In this document: piece after piece, positions 40,569 to 52,809 of the stretch
How the letters are laid out: every line of letters begins with the position of its first letter
Position numbering within the stretch: the first letter of the stretch is position 1
From: Vicugna vicugna
Taxonomy: Eukaryota
Assembly (NCBI GenBank): GCA_013265495.1
Contig: MU058418.1
Span: forward strand, 868,001 to 932,000
Length of the DNA: 64,000 nt
Direction: 5' to 3'
Notes under the pieces: generated by a model
Database searches by the model: none
What the model was told of the DNA's origin: nothing
What the model saw: the letters and a program-made list of their open reading frames with translations, nothing else
Program-made: the position numbers and the translations under genes

Positions 40569-42644
40569 AGAAGTATTTCCAGGTAACTTGGTAAAGATTA
40601 TTCAATTCTAGGCAAGATGATTATTTTAGAATGCACAAGGGAAAACTGCTGAGGAGTACAGATTTATAAAACTATTTTATTTCCATGTAAAATAGAGAAT
40701 ATACATTATGATGAATTTTAAATGTGAATGAAACAGTGAATGGAAGATAATTTTTTTTAACATATAATCTGGGAAAAGAAAATAGTCAATCTCCCTGATT
40801 ATATCTAACATATAAATACCACAGATATGAACATTCTGTTAAATTTTTAAAAATTTTATGTATTTTTAAATAGGTACTAAAGGTATATGATATACAATCC
40901 AAAGGGTACAAATGTAAGTAGAATGAAAACTGAGCCTTTCTTTCCTGCCCACTCAGCTGTCTAATTCCCCAAAAGATGTCATACTTTTCTGTACCTTGCT
41001 TGGCCATATGTTTTGGCCTAATTAATTTTAACTAGGAAGTAAGCATTTCATTTGTTGTTCAGAAGTGCAATCAAGAAATATTTTCAAGATTGGATGCCTC
41101 ACAGAAAAACAAAGGTACCTCAAGAATTTATTCTAAAGAGTTTTATACCTACCACACTGAGTAAATATGCAGCAAAATATTTCCTTTCCTTTTTATTTTT
41201 TTCCTTTTTTTTAAAAAACTAACTGGAGAAGAAAGATACTTTGCATCAAGAAATTCATTACAAAATACCTTTTAAAGAAAAGATGCCTTACCTCTCAAGT
41301 ATATAAATTAAGTCACATCAGTCAAAAGAAGTGAACCCCCATATATAACATATTTACTCTAATTAATTAATTTTAAGTTATTTGTAATTAACATTTTTTT
41401 CTATATCAATGGATTTTTCTAAAGGACTTAAGAATACTTAAAAACAGCTCTCCTGTTTAAGTTAAGCAAATTCTGCTCAATCATATTTATACTAAAAAGT
41501 TTTATTCAAAAAAGTAAAGATTTTGCTTTTAAAAAAGTTAGCTGTCAGCCAAGCCTCTGTTCAAATTACAAGAAAATTTGAATCAATAGAGACATATTTA
41601 AAAGACCCAATATTCAATATCCATGATATATTACAAAGGAAAAGAAACTTAGCAGGGAGTCTTTTTCCCATTTACATCTTCTCTTCATATGAACTAAACA
41701 AAAAGACAAGTCCTTAGAAAAGTTAAGCTCCTTAATGACTTACAGGTACACAAATTTTTATTCTCTCTGTCCTTTCTATTTCCATTGCCCATACCCTACT
41801 TCAGGTTTTCTTTGCTTCTTGCCTAAACTATTGTAATAATTTCCTCGCTGGCCTCCCTCTTCCTCTTTCAATGGGGTTCCATGAAAAAAAGGGGGTTTCT
41901 GCAGTTCAAAAAAAAAAAAGCTCAGAAAGTGCTAGGTTAAATGATGGTTAAAAAGTTTTTCTTCTCACTGCCTTTAATATTCCAAGTGCATTGTAAATTC
42001 CCAAAATACTATAGTATATAACCTTTTCTTAATAATATGCTGGTATTCTAAGCAGTATGAAGAATGTTGGCATAAGTGATAAACTACTACATAGGTCAAG
42101 GTCCTACTTTCCCTTCCTAATTTTATCTTCCATTGGGCTGCCAGGATTCTGTAATGTCTACTACTCTTTTATGAGGTACCTCTGTGCCTCTGTCCATGAT
42201 GTCTCTCTATCTGCAGTGTCCTTCCTCTCATCTTTACTTACTGAAATCATGCCCAACCATAAAGGTGTAGGATCAAAGGGTACCTCCTCCAGGAAGTCAT
42301 TTCAAATTCTCTTGAATTTGGTTTATTTTCTACTTTCCCAAAGACTCTATAAATTTATTATAGCATTTATTTGCCTGCCTTGGGTTATATTATAACTATA
42401 ACTTGCTAAATTATAAGGTTTGGAAAACAAAAACTTCCGAGTACATGGTTAGTATTCAAAATACTTATGAATTGAAATGGTGATTTTAATTTTTCCAAAG
42501 AATGCCTGAAAATCGACCTCATTTTATTATATAAATATTTACAAACCTATAAAACTGGTAGAACAGATGTTATCACCTCCTCCTACCACCATCTGATTAG
42601 TTATTATAAACATATTTATTATTATATTAAGAAGTTAACATTCC

Positions 42645-42890
42645 TTAAACATTAACTGTATGCCAGGTACTGAGCTAAGTGCTTTACAGAATTTATTTCA
42701 TTTAATCCTCAAGACAATCATATAAGGTAGATTCCATTATTACCACCAATTTACAGATGAGGAAACTGAAGCTCCAAGAGGCAAAATTATATGCCAAAGG
42801 TCTGACAGGAGTAGGTTAGGGCTAATGCGTGGCAGAGCTTAGAATAAAACCCAGATTTGTCTGACTGCAAAGCTCACTGTTAACTGCTAC
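42645..42890 (-). mobile_element. MIR SINE (others at about 11030-11230, 33780-34010 and 49900-50220)
   Basis: tgccaggtactgagctaagtgcttt...tttacagatgaggaaactgaagctc core. Confidence 0.75.
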
Positions 42891-43077
42891 ATATTTCTGG
42901 GTTTCAGTATTTGCCCAAATAGTTCTCACTAATAAACCATGATGCTAATCACAGTTCATTTAAACTTAATAATAAAAAGTATTCAAAATGTGCAAAGATG
43001 TGAAAATTCATAAAATAAAAACTGACATCTATACTGTTGAACCATAACAGTAACATGAAAATGAAGGAATTACTTAC

Positions 43078-43192
43078 TTGCACAATTTGCCTTCTGCCAT
43101 GTGGAATTGAAAAACTCAGACAGAATCACAATGATTTGCACTCTATCTGCCATTAAGAGACTTCTGGCACAACTAAGACTCTCTGAAGAATT
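43078..43192 (-). CDS. OSTM1: OSTM1 coding exon 2 (115 nt)
   Basis: [38 protein letters not shown] plus 1 nt. Poly-T tract and ttacag acceptor, gtaagt donor. Phase fits exons 1 and 3. Confidence 0.96.
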
Positions 43193-45599
43193 CTGTAACA
43201 AAAAAAAAAAAAAAGAGGAAAGAAAAAGACAATCTGAGTATTTTTTTAGACTTCCCAAACAACTTGAGGCAAAAAAAAAAAAAACCTTATAAAACTACTT
43301 AAAATATTTGTTATAAGCATTTTAACATTTTATTTGACATAGTCAGACAATGATGTCATTAATAATAATAACTGTAATAAAAAAATAACAGCTAACATTT
43401 ATTGGCACCAGGTTCACTTGCAAGGGAAGAAAATCTTTGCTTCTTAAACAAGTAAGTTCTTGCTTCTGTGGTACAATCTCAACTACTTAGGCCCACATGT
43501 CATATTTCTTCCTTTTTAAGCACAGGAAAAATTCTGGAAAACTATTCCCTGAAATGTAGCAGTAGTTATCTCTGGAAAATGGAAATACAGTTATTTTTAT
43601 TTTCTTTTTTGCCTCTTTTACACTGTCTAAATTTTCCTGCAATTAATATATATTATTTACACATTTAATAAAAATCTGGTGGGTAAATGATCACAAAACA
43701 TTGTTTCATCTTCTGGACAATTTTTGGCTCAAAATCTTACAATCCACAAGAAAACGTGACACATCCAGTTTGTACCCAAATAGTTTGTACCCATATAGAA
43801 TATGCTTTCCATAGATCACTTTAATAATGAAACTCACACTATGCAAATAATAAATCCAAGTCCCTAAATTACTGGATTCTTATATATTTCCTTTCCCTTT
43901 TGCCCCAAGTAAGGAAATAAGTTTTGCTATACCTTCATTCTTTCAAAGTTATTTAACTCCGACTATTTACTAGGTATTATAAGAATCCTGCAGTTTGAAG
44001 GATACAAAAAAGTGTATGGAAATGCCAACAATATTGGGACTTAAAGAACCGCCCCCAGAGACATACTGATGAAGAATTAGTGTGATGAGTAATAAGAGAA
44101 AGTGATAACTCTAGAAAAGAACTAATCAGCCATGTGGGGTGAGAAAAGAGGGAAGGAGGGCTTAACAGCAGACTGCTGGCTTTAAAATATCTCTGATGAT
44201 CGTTTTGGGATGATTACCCTTTCTGTGGCTTAGTTTTGTTATCTCATTAAAAGATGCATCCAAATGAATGCTTGCTTTCAGAATAGTGAATTGAACAAAA
44301 CATTTAAAAGCCCTTTTCTTGGAACTGCTTTCAAGAGCAATATCAGCCATAGAAGAAAATTTCACAGAAGATGAAGCAATGTGTTTTGTGATCATTTACC
44401 CACCAGATTAAAATAGAGCATGGCCTAAAGTCAGACAAGCCTGGATTACTAGCTGGTAATCTTGGGCAGCTGAGGTAACCTCTGTGAGACTCAGTTTCAT
44501 AATCATGAGTCCTATAAGTATTGTATTAAATAAAATAACATACATTAATCACTTAGCAGTATATCTGGCACCTAGTAAGTAATTGATACATGCTATTTTA
44601 CATAGTTACCTGTTGCCAACAAGAAGTGCTCTAAGTGGGTGTAGTTGGCTAAGTGTAACCAGTTACTTAAATTGACTCTTCCTAGATGGATGATTGGCTA
44701 TTTAAAAAATCAATACAGAATAGCCTGTATGAGTGGTCAATGTGTGGAATAGTTCAGTTGAGAAAGACATCAGTGTGGTTGGGAGAAATTAGGAAAGAGC
44801 TCATGAAGGAAGCAGGATTCGAACTAAGCCGTATACTGAGAGAGGGAAGAGGGTTCTAAAATGGGGAAAATAAAATGATCAAAAGGTGAAAGTAGGAATG
44901 ATTATGTGGTATTCAGGGAGTATTCAGTAGGCCAATGGAAGGTGCCCCTGTGAAAGTAGAGACAGCAGAGGGAGAAGTTAGGGAAACTTCTGAAGATTTT
45001 TGAGGAAGGTGCCATGAAGAGCAGAGTTTGTAGAACATACGCCTAGATCATAATATGTAGGGTGAGGAGGTGGGGAGACTAATTAGACTGTTTCTATAGT
45101 TCAGGTATTTATGAGAAGACGGTGGCAACAGTGGGAACGGAAGGCAAGTGATGAATAATCCCAATGATGATGATATACTGTTGGATACCTAATGGTTCTA
45201 AATGCTCCAAATGTATAACTCATTTAAACCTTGTAACAACTCTGTAAAATAGGTGGTAGTTTCCTTCTGGATTCAAACAGCCTCTTTCACTGCATGGCCT
45301 TGGATAAATTACTTAATCACTCTGAAGCTCAGTTTCTTAAAACATGATATTCACCTATATATGTCTAGGTTCCTCGTCTGGGCAAATATTCCTTTAGGAC
45401 AAAAACATTGTCTTATACCTTTATATTCCTAACACCTAGCACATGACAAAACAACATAGGCCTTTGATTTATATTTAAAATGCTTAATACTCAAATCTGT
45501 CATAACCACTCAGCAGAACTCTAACTACCATCAATGCAACTATCCACTTTCAGCATGCCTGTGTGGCAAAAAGCAAACAACCAAGCAGATTATTTCCAT

Positions 45600-47530
45600 G
45601 ATAAATCTATAATCCCAAACTGTACTCCTCACTTTCCTATCTGCTCAGTCTCCCCTCTTTAAAACCACTATTGCAATCTTCTCTACTCTCCTGGAAACTC
45701 TGATATCCGTCTCACTCTTTACTCTCAAGTGAAGATCTAGTCTCCTAGCTGACACTGAAAACAGGTGCCATCAAGCTAAAGCTCTGACCTGTCTACCTCT
45801 ACACCCAACCTCTCCTTCTACCCTCCCATTAGAGTGCAGAATGTGCCTGCCCCTGTGAAAGGCTCATCTCTCTCTGTGGATGCCTTAGATTCCATCTACT
45901 GTCTTTTCAGGAAATTGACCTTGTTTACTTTCCCACTGTCTCCTGTATCTTCACTCTCCTTATAGGATCCTTCCCATCAGCATTTAAACATGTTCAGGTC
46001 TTCCCATTTTAAGAAAGGAAGAAGGGAAAAGAGAGAGATGGAGGGACAAAGGAACAGAAAGAAATTAATGAAAATCCCTGAGTCTCAATTCCTCTTTAGT
46101 GACCTCTCTTTCTTATCTCTTCTTCAAGGCCAAACTCTTAGGCAGTTGTATAGGATCACTCTTCCCACTTCCTTATCTTCCATTCACTATTTAATCCATT
46201 TTAATCTTACTCTTATACCTAAGCACTCCATCAGAACCATTCCTGTTATGGAACCAACAATGTTGATTTGACAGATGCACTTTCAGTCCTCTCAGTAAAA
46301 TCTGACAAAAATGACCACCCCTTCCCTTTTTCTTGATTTACAGGACAGCCTACTCTTCTGATTTTTCTTAATCTCTCTGACTTTTCCTTCTCAGTCTCCT
46401 TTGGTACTTTATCCTCTACCCAAATGTTCAATTCTCAGCATTTCTTACTTATTCTCATTTATTACTCAAACTCATCATGCCATGGTTTCAAACACTACTT
46501 TTAAGCCAACTACTCCCAAACTTACTATCTCCAACCCACATCTGTAGACATACATATCCAAACACACAGGCAAAATCTCCACTTAACTGTCTCATAAACA
46601 CCTCAAAATCAACAAGTTCAAAGTCAAGTTCATTCATGATCTTCCCCCAAACAGGTTCCTCCTTCCATCTAAGTAAACAGCAATCCTATTCACTAAATTG
46701 CTCTTATTAAAACCCTGGGAATCATCGTTCCTTTCCTCCATTCTACATATTCAATTAACTACCAAATCTTGTCAATTTTACCTCCTAAATATCTCTGAAA
46801 TCTATCTATTTCTCCCCATCACAATGGCTCCCATATAGCCTAGCCACTACCATTTCTCACAACACTGCAAGATTCTCTTAATTCATCTCCTCACATATAC
46901 TTTTCCACCACCCTCCCTGGTCCCTGTCCCCTCCATTTTCTCCTATGTAGCTATAAAGTACAAATCTGATGATGTTATTCCACAGAATTAAACCTTTCAG
47001 TAACATCACACTGGTTTAAAATCAAAGTCTAAAACCCTTAACATACCCTACAGGGCCCAGACGACCTGGCACTTCAGGCTCAGATCACTAGTCTCCTCTT
47101 GGCTCACAGTGCTTTGAGATCTTTCTAGTCCTCAAACATGCCAGACTCCTGCCTCAGAGTCTTCATACCTGCTACTTCTTCACATGTACACATTCTCTCA
47201 AATGTTAGGTGTCAGCTTTAATCACTGACCACTTTTATCTATCCCCACATTCTCTCAAATTTTAGATGTCAGCTTTAATCGCTGGACACTTCTATCTATC
47301 CCTCGCCCTAGTCAAGATCAGCACCCCTTTTATATGCTTTGGTAGCACCTATGGTTTTTTTTCTTTGCAACATTTAGCATACCTGAATTAAATACTTACT
47401 TATATGATGATGTGTTTAATAACTTTTTTCCCTACCAGACTACATGCTCTGCTCATGTACAGCTATATTGCTAGTAACTACCACTACCCTGCACATAATA
47501 GGTATTCAATAATTTTTCAATGAATAAACA
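45600..47530 (+). mobile_element. L2 LINE remnant
   Basis: Pyrimidine-rich L2-type sequence (tcttgtcaattttacctcctaaatatctct, ccagactcctgcctcag) ending ataggtattcaataatttttcaatgaataaa. Confidence 0.7.
47189..47302. repeat. 57-bp tandem duplication (6 mismatches) within L2
   Basis: cacattctctcaaatgttaggtgtcagctttaatc... occurs at 47189 and 47246. Confidence 0.88.
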
Positions 47531-48509
47531 AGATTTATATTTTCTGATCTCTAATGAAAGACAGATTATGTTATGCTATGTTTCAATTTTCTCCCTATAT
47601 TCCTAACAACTTATTTATTAACCTACACTAAAATTATGTTGAATTTTCCAGATACACACCCCCAATCACTAGCACCTCCATAAATTTATATACATATCTA
47701 TATGTCTATCTATCTACCTATTTAAATTTTAAACAAACCAAGTAGAATAAGACAGAGATTAGCAATTCAGAATTGGGTGGGGGGAGTTTGCCAAAGCATG
47801 CTGACAACTGCTCTGGTGATGCTGAACAACTCAAGGAAACCATATCCTTATCAGTTTAGACTAAAAGAAGAAAGTATGACTCTTAGTAAGTAAGAGAGAA
47901 TCCATTAATTCCACTATTCAAGTTTCACTAATTACTATATTCTTTACCTTGAGATAATAAAACTATATGGGGTCCTTGTCCCAGTAATTCCAAGAGAAAG
48001 TGACAAGAAAACAGAATTCTCATCAGATAATTCTATATTTAAATAAATTAGCTTGCTGTATCACAGAAATAGCTTGTTAATTTCTACTTTTGATTCTTTT
48101 TCTCCGTGTTATACTTCTCTCCTTTCTCAATCAATCTATGGATATGGATTCACCGTAAAGAGGTGAGAAACGATTTCTTGTTCACAATTCTGCTTGTAGG
48201 TTTTCCCACCTTGCTCTATTCCCTCCTCTAATTCAGCTTCTCCTTCACTTTTGTTCTAAAATCCTATTGTACAATTTGTAACATTCACTTTGATGATTTT
48301 TTCTTTTTCTCAATATAGATTTATTTTATTTCCCCAATTACACTGATAGTTTGAGGCCTGTACTTTTCCTCCTTTTCCTTCTATATTCTTTTACCAGCCC
48401 AATATTTAAGAATAGCATGTGCTAGCTAACTAAACTAAATAGATTTAAATGAAAGACTGAGTCTATGTGAATCAAAGAAAATACATTACTCTCCAGAACC
48501 AACTCCCTG

Positions 48510-48511
<2 letters not shown>

Positions 48512-48563
<52 letters not shown>
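48512..48563. repeat. Compound microsatellite (AC)16(AG)10
   Basis: Read directly from the sequence. Confidence 0.95.
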
Positions 48564-48564
<1 letters not shown>

Positions 48565-50599
48565 ACACACTGATTTCTTCAAGTTCACGCCAAAGAAACT
48601 CAGACACATTTTTCCACAGATTCATTATTACACATAATGGTTCCATTCCCAAACCAATCTGAAAAAGCCTACTAAATTCATGAAGTACCTCAGAACTGTA
48701 GAAATCATGCTTTTGAGTTACCATACCCAGCTCTACTGAGGAAAGGAGGAGGGAAAAACCAAGGTCTACGATGAGTTGGAGAGGAAATACAGATCAGGTA
48801 AAGGGATCTTCTGCCTCTTTTTATCTCTTTACCCTGTTCCTTTCACATAACAGTTAGGCAAACCAGATGTCTAGGTCACTGGTAGAATCTGAGAGACACA
48901 AAGGAGAAGCAAGTTTCTGCCACCCCAACTGGGAAGCCTCCCATGAGCAGTAGAGAATTCATGTGGAAATTCATATATGTATTGGCCCATAATTGACCCA
49001 CAGATGCCCATGATTCTGGACCACTAGAGTTTGGAGTCATTTTTTAACCTCTTCTTAATTCCACAGTATCTACACAAATGAGGAAAACATTCGCTCCCTC
49101 AAAAGATCCAAGCTTTGCGTAATGATTCATGGTCATTCTGGCCACAGGGCAACTTATCTAATTGCTTAAAACAGAATATGATGCCATATCATTCCCTGCT
49201 GTTGTTGACAGGGACAAGCTTTGGGTGCTTTACTTTAAGGGAATATACATATATCTCCATCCCTTGCTATACCCAATATAAGTATGCCTGAAAAATACTG
49301 CATGTAAGTCTAAATTTACTTAAACTACCTTGAAAACTAGCTTTTACAGAAAGACTGACCACAGAGTTTATTTAATGCAAATAAACTCCCTGCATATGTA
49401 AAAAATATAATTTATGTTAAATAGTATGAGGCTGACTTAAAGCAGGATGCAACTATATGTTTATACTTTGCCAAATCAACATGATTTATGAAATAATTCC
49501 AACCACATTTTCATGAGACTTTTTCCCCAATGCAAGAGGAACTTTTCCACTCCACAGTCCCAATGTCATTCCACATGTTTTTCCCTTACAAGGCATATCC
49601 AGCCCACACCTCATGACTCCCACCAGCCCTGACACTCTAATCCTTTCCTACTCCAGATCCTATACAGCTCTTAGGAGCAGGCACATGTCTCTGTGCCTTG
49701 CTTTGCTTTTCTTTCTTTCTCCCTTTCTTTGTTTCTCCCTTTCTCTCTTCCTTCCTTCCTGCCTTCCTGCTTTCCAGCCTTCCTTCCATTCCTTCCTTCT
49801 TTAAGTCCCTCACAGCACCTACCACATGACCAGAAGAGCTGTTAAGAGTATCTATCAACAGTGGAGGGCAGATTTACCATTTCATAAAATGTTAGCTCCT
49901 ATTTACTGAAAACTATCATTATGTGCCAGTTTTCTATGAGTTCCTTTTATTCCCATCTTACAAATGAGAAAACAGGCACAGAGAATAAAAAGTAACCTGA
50001 CCAGAGTACACCACTAATAAGCAGAGAACTGGTCTCCTGGCAGAATGGCTCCAGACTGTTTTAATCACTAAAACGAACTCTCATGCATTATCTATTTTAA
50101 TTCTTTTAATAGCCACATCAGGCAGCTATTTTTCTCCATTTCACAGAGGAGGAAACTAAGACTCCAAGATAATTAATCCAAGATCAAACTGCTAGAAAGT
50201 GGTGGACTTGAAAATGTCTGGCTACAAACTCAAGCTCCTAGCCAATACTCTTGTTTCCCCACTCCACTTGGGGATTTCAGGAAAGGTCTTTCCTGGGAAC
50301 TCCAAGTGAAGATGGGAAGAAGCTGTGGTAGAGTTGGGGGAAAGGGGGAAAAGAAGAGAAGAAAAGGTAGGGTTAGCGGTGCAGAAGCCCCAAGAAAGCT
50401 AGTCATATCAATCTGCAAATATGTACAAAGAAGATGCCCAACAGCAGCCAAGAAGGTAAAAATCCGCACCCCAAGCCCTGTAACACCCATTTTTCTGATG
50501 CCCCTAACTCTACAGTCCAAATCCAACCCCCTTTTCACAGATCTGGAAACTGAGGCCCCCAGAGTTAACCATCGTTACATCCTCCTCCCTTCCCAACCA

Positions 50600-51520
50600 T
50601 CCACGCCAGAGGTCCCGAGTGTGCTCTTCTACCCACCCCCACGGCTCGGCTGATGTTGTCCATCTTGTTGGCGACCTGTTGGAAGAGCGGGTAGCAGGTC
50701 TGACAGAGGCGCACCGGCCGGGCGCCCCGCACTAGACACCCGGTCAGCTCTGCGCTGCTGTTGGCGAAGTCCAGCAGCAGCTCCCGGCACTCGGGATCCA
50801 GATCCGGCAAGTATGGGGGTAACGACAGTGGCCCCATCCTTTCGCCCTGCAGTAAAGCCAGAGACAAGTCCTCCACCTCCAGCAACTGCTGCTCCGACAG
50901 GAGGTCGTGGAGGACTCGGTGGGGACTGCTGCCCAAGGAGAAGGTGCCCAGAGCCAGCCCCGACCACAGCAGCGCCACCAGCAGCAGCAGCCGCAGCAGC
51001 AGCAACGATGACCTCTGTCGCGCGACCGTCAGGTCCGGGTCCATCGCGGGGTTCATAAACCCCAAGGCGCAGACCGCCTCCTCTCTGACCCCAGTCTGTG
51101 CTGTGGACAGCCGCCGCTTCCGGCTTCCTCAGGCGCAGGCCGCGAGCCTGATCACGAGGCGCGCGCGTCACGACCCCGCCCCCGGCGCGCGGCGCCCCGC
51201 CCCATTGGCTACCGGGCTCTCTCGCGCCGCACGCCGCGCGCAGGCGCGCATGCGGGAGCGCGCACACACCGGCGGCTTCGCGCTCCCAGCCGGTGCCGAG
51301 CGCCTGACTGAGGGGAGCGCTGGACCCGGGTAGCGTCCGGCTGGGGAACACTGGGCCGAGGCTCGCTCGCCATATGAATACAGGCGACCGCCGCTTTGTA
51401 CAATGAAATCTCGGTGGTCTTGTCCTCGGTCGACCACCTCTTGGAAGTTCGCTGAATTCTAGAAGTCTGAGGAGTTCTGTACCACAGAAGGACGGACGGC
51501 CTCCACCGTGGGAATTACGG
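50600..51520 (-). promoter_or_regulatory. OSTM1: CpG-island promoter and 5' end of OSTM1
   Basis: The only CpG-dense, GC-rich stretch in the window. It has GC boxes (ccccgcccc at 51174-51182 and 51195-51203), CCAAT on the minus strand (51204-51208), NRF1-like gcgcatgcg (51246-51254) and tandem ETS cores (ggaagccggaag, minus, 51117-51128). No TATA box seen. Confidence 0.85.
50637..51044 (-). CDS. OSTM1: OSTM1 coding exon 1 (signal peptide and start of luminal domain, 136 codons)
   Basis: Translates [33 protein letters not shown]...[17 protein letters not shown]...[56 protein letters not shown], recognisable as OSTM1. ATG is in strong context (gcgATGg). Donor GGG|gtgggt at 50636. Confidence 0.96.
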
Positions 51521-51692
51521 GTGAGTTCCCTGAGAAAGCCTGCTAGCAGGTGCCTTTGCATAATTTTTGCTTGGTGTTTCTTAGTGTAATTCCTCCCTCA
51601 GACTATTTGGAAAGAATAATAACGTCTGTTGATTATTTATAGTAGTGGAGCCTAGTGGCTTACAAGCTTTTTTTTTAAACGCTAAACTGTGT

Positions 51693-51883
51693 CAGCGCTG
51701 TCCATAGACTTCCTGAGGTGATAGAAAGATTCTATATCTGAGCTAATACGGTAGCCGCTAACCACTTTGACTGTTGAACACTTGTAATATGGCTACTGAG
51801 ATCGAGGAACTGAATCTTTAATTTTATTTAATTTGAATGTACGTAACTCTATCGGGTAGCAGTGCTGTGTTGGACAGCGCCAG
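51693..51883. mobile_element. MER3-like hAT-Charlie MITE
   Basis: Inverted termini cagcgctgtcca and tggacagcgc, about 190 bp. Confidence 0.75.
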
Positions 51884-51910
51884 TCTAAATTCTCTCGCTC
51901 CGTAGCCTGG

Positions 51911-52013
51911 TCCTAGGGTGGCTAATGTCCAGGTTTGCTTGGGACTGAAGGGGTCCCTGAGGTGCATCACAAACCTGCATGCAATGCAAAAATCTGCAAA
52001 ATCCTGGCCAAAC
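51911..52013 (+). mobile_element. hAT-Blackjack (MER94/MER81-like) MITE fragment, copy 1
   Basis: Starts tagggtgg...gtccaggtttgcttgggactg. Direct repeat of 52674-52776. Confidence 0.6.
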
Positions 52014-52673
52014 TGGTTAACTTCAAAGTCCCATCCAGTTTCTGACATGCTCAAGGCAGTCGTTGGGGACACTCTGTGAAAAGCGTTCTGATACCACTAC
52101 TGAGCTATAAAAAGAAACTAAGCTAATGACCTGGATAACGGTTTTCTGACAAGTACCTGACTAGCAAGTTTGGTAAAAAATTATTTCCTGGCTGTTTTGT
52201 GTCATCCTGCTTTCATTTTTGCCTTGTAAATTGCAGAGCTACTGTACTAATTCCTTTTCATCTTATTGTGCTAATTTATGTTTCTAGGGATTCTTAGAGT
52301 TACTTTTTAGCCAATCTCTTTGAGTTCCTTTTAGCCAATCTGGTTATTGTTTTGTGTTCTTAATGGGATGAGGAAAAGGTCCCATAATCTCTTTAATATG
52401 CTCCTTTAATTTTACTTTTACTGTTACAAACAATATTGTAGGTAATAATTTTATCTCTACAAGGTTGGTATATGTTTAAGATAAATTCCTAGAAGTTGGA
52501 CTTACTAGGTATGAGAGAATGTGCATTTGCGATGTTGTTGATTGTGCTACAATACTTCCCATGGAGGTTTAACAATCTACTCATAATGGTGCCTAAAGAA
52601 CTCTTAACAATGGTTACCTAGAAAGACCTAAAAGTTATATGATGGCATTTGAAGAAATTAAGACAACTTATTT

Positions 52674-52776
52674 TCCTAGGGTGGCTAATGTCCAGGTTTG
52701 CTTGGGACTGAAGGGATTCCTGGGGTGCAGCACAAACCTGCATCCTGTGCAAAAACCTGGAAAATCCTGGACAAAC
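52674..52776 (+). mobile_element. hAT-Blackjack (MER94/MER81-like) MITE fragment, copy 2
   Basis: 93 of 103 nt identical to copy 1, and the first 42 nt match exactly. Confidence 0.6.
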
Positions 52777-52809
52777 CACTCAAACTTCTTTTCCCTTTCC
52801 TTCTTGGAA

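Noticed and set aside
50637..50642. Alternative donor GCC|GTGGGG 6 nt upstream of the exon 1 donor
   Set aside because: Poorer match to the donor consensus than GGG|GTGGGT, with no supporting evidence.
50629..51561. 310-aa minus-strand and 190-aa plus-strand ORFs over the promoter
   Set aside because: Stop-poor GC-rich CpG-island frames overlapping OSTM1 exon 1, with low-complexity R/G/A/S composition and no recognisable domain.
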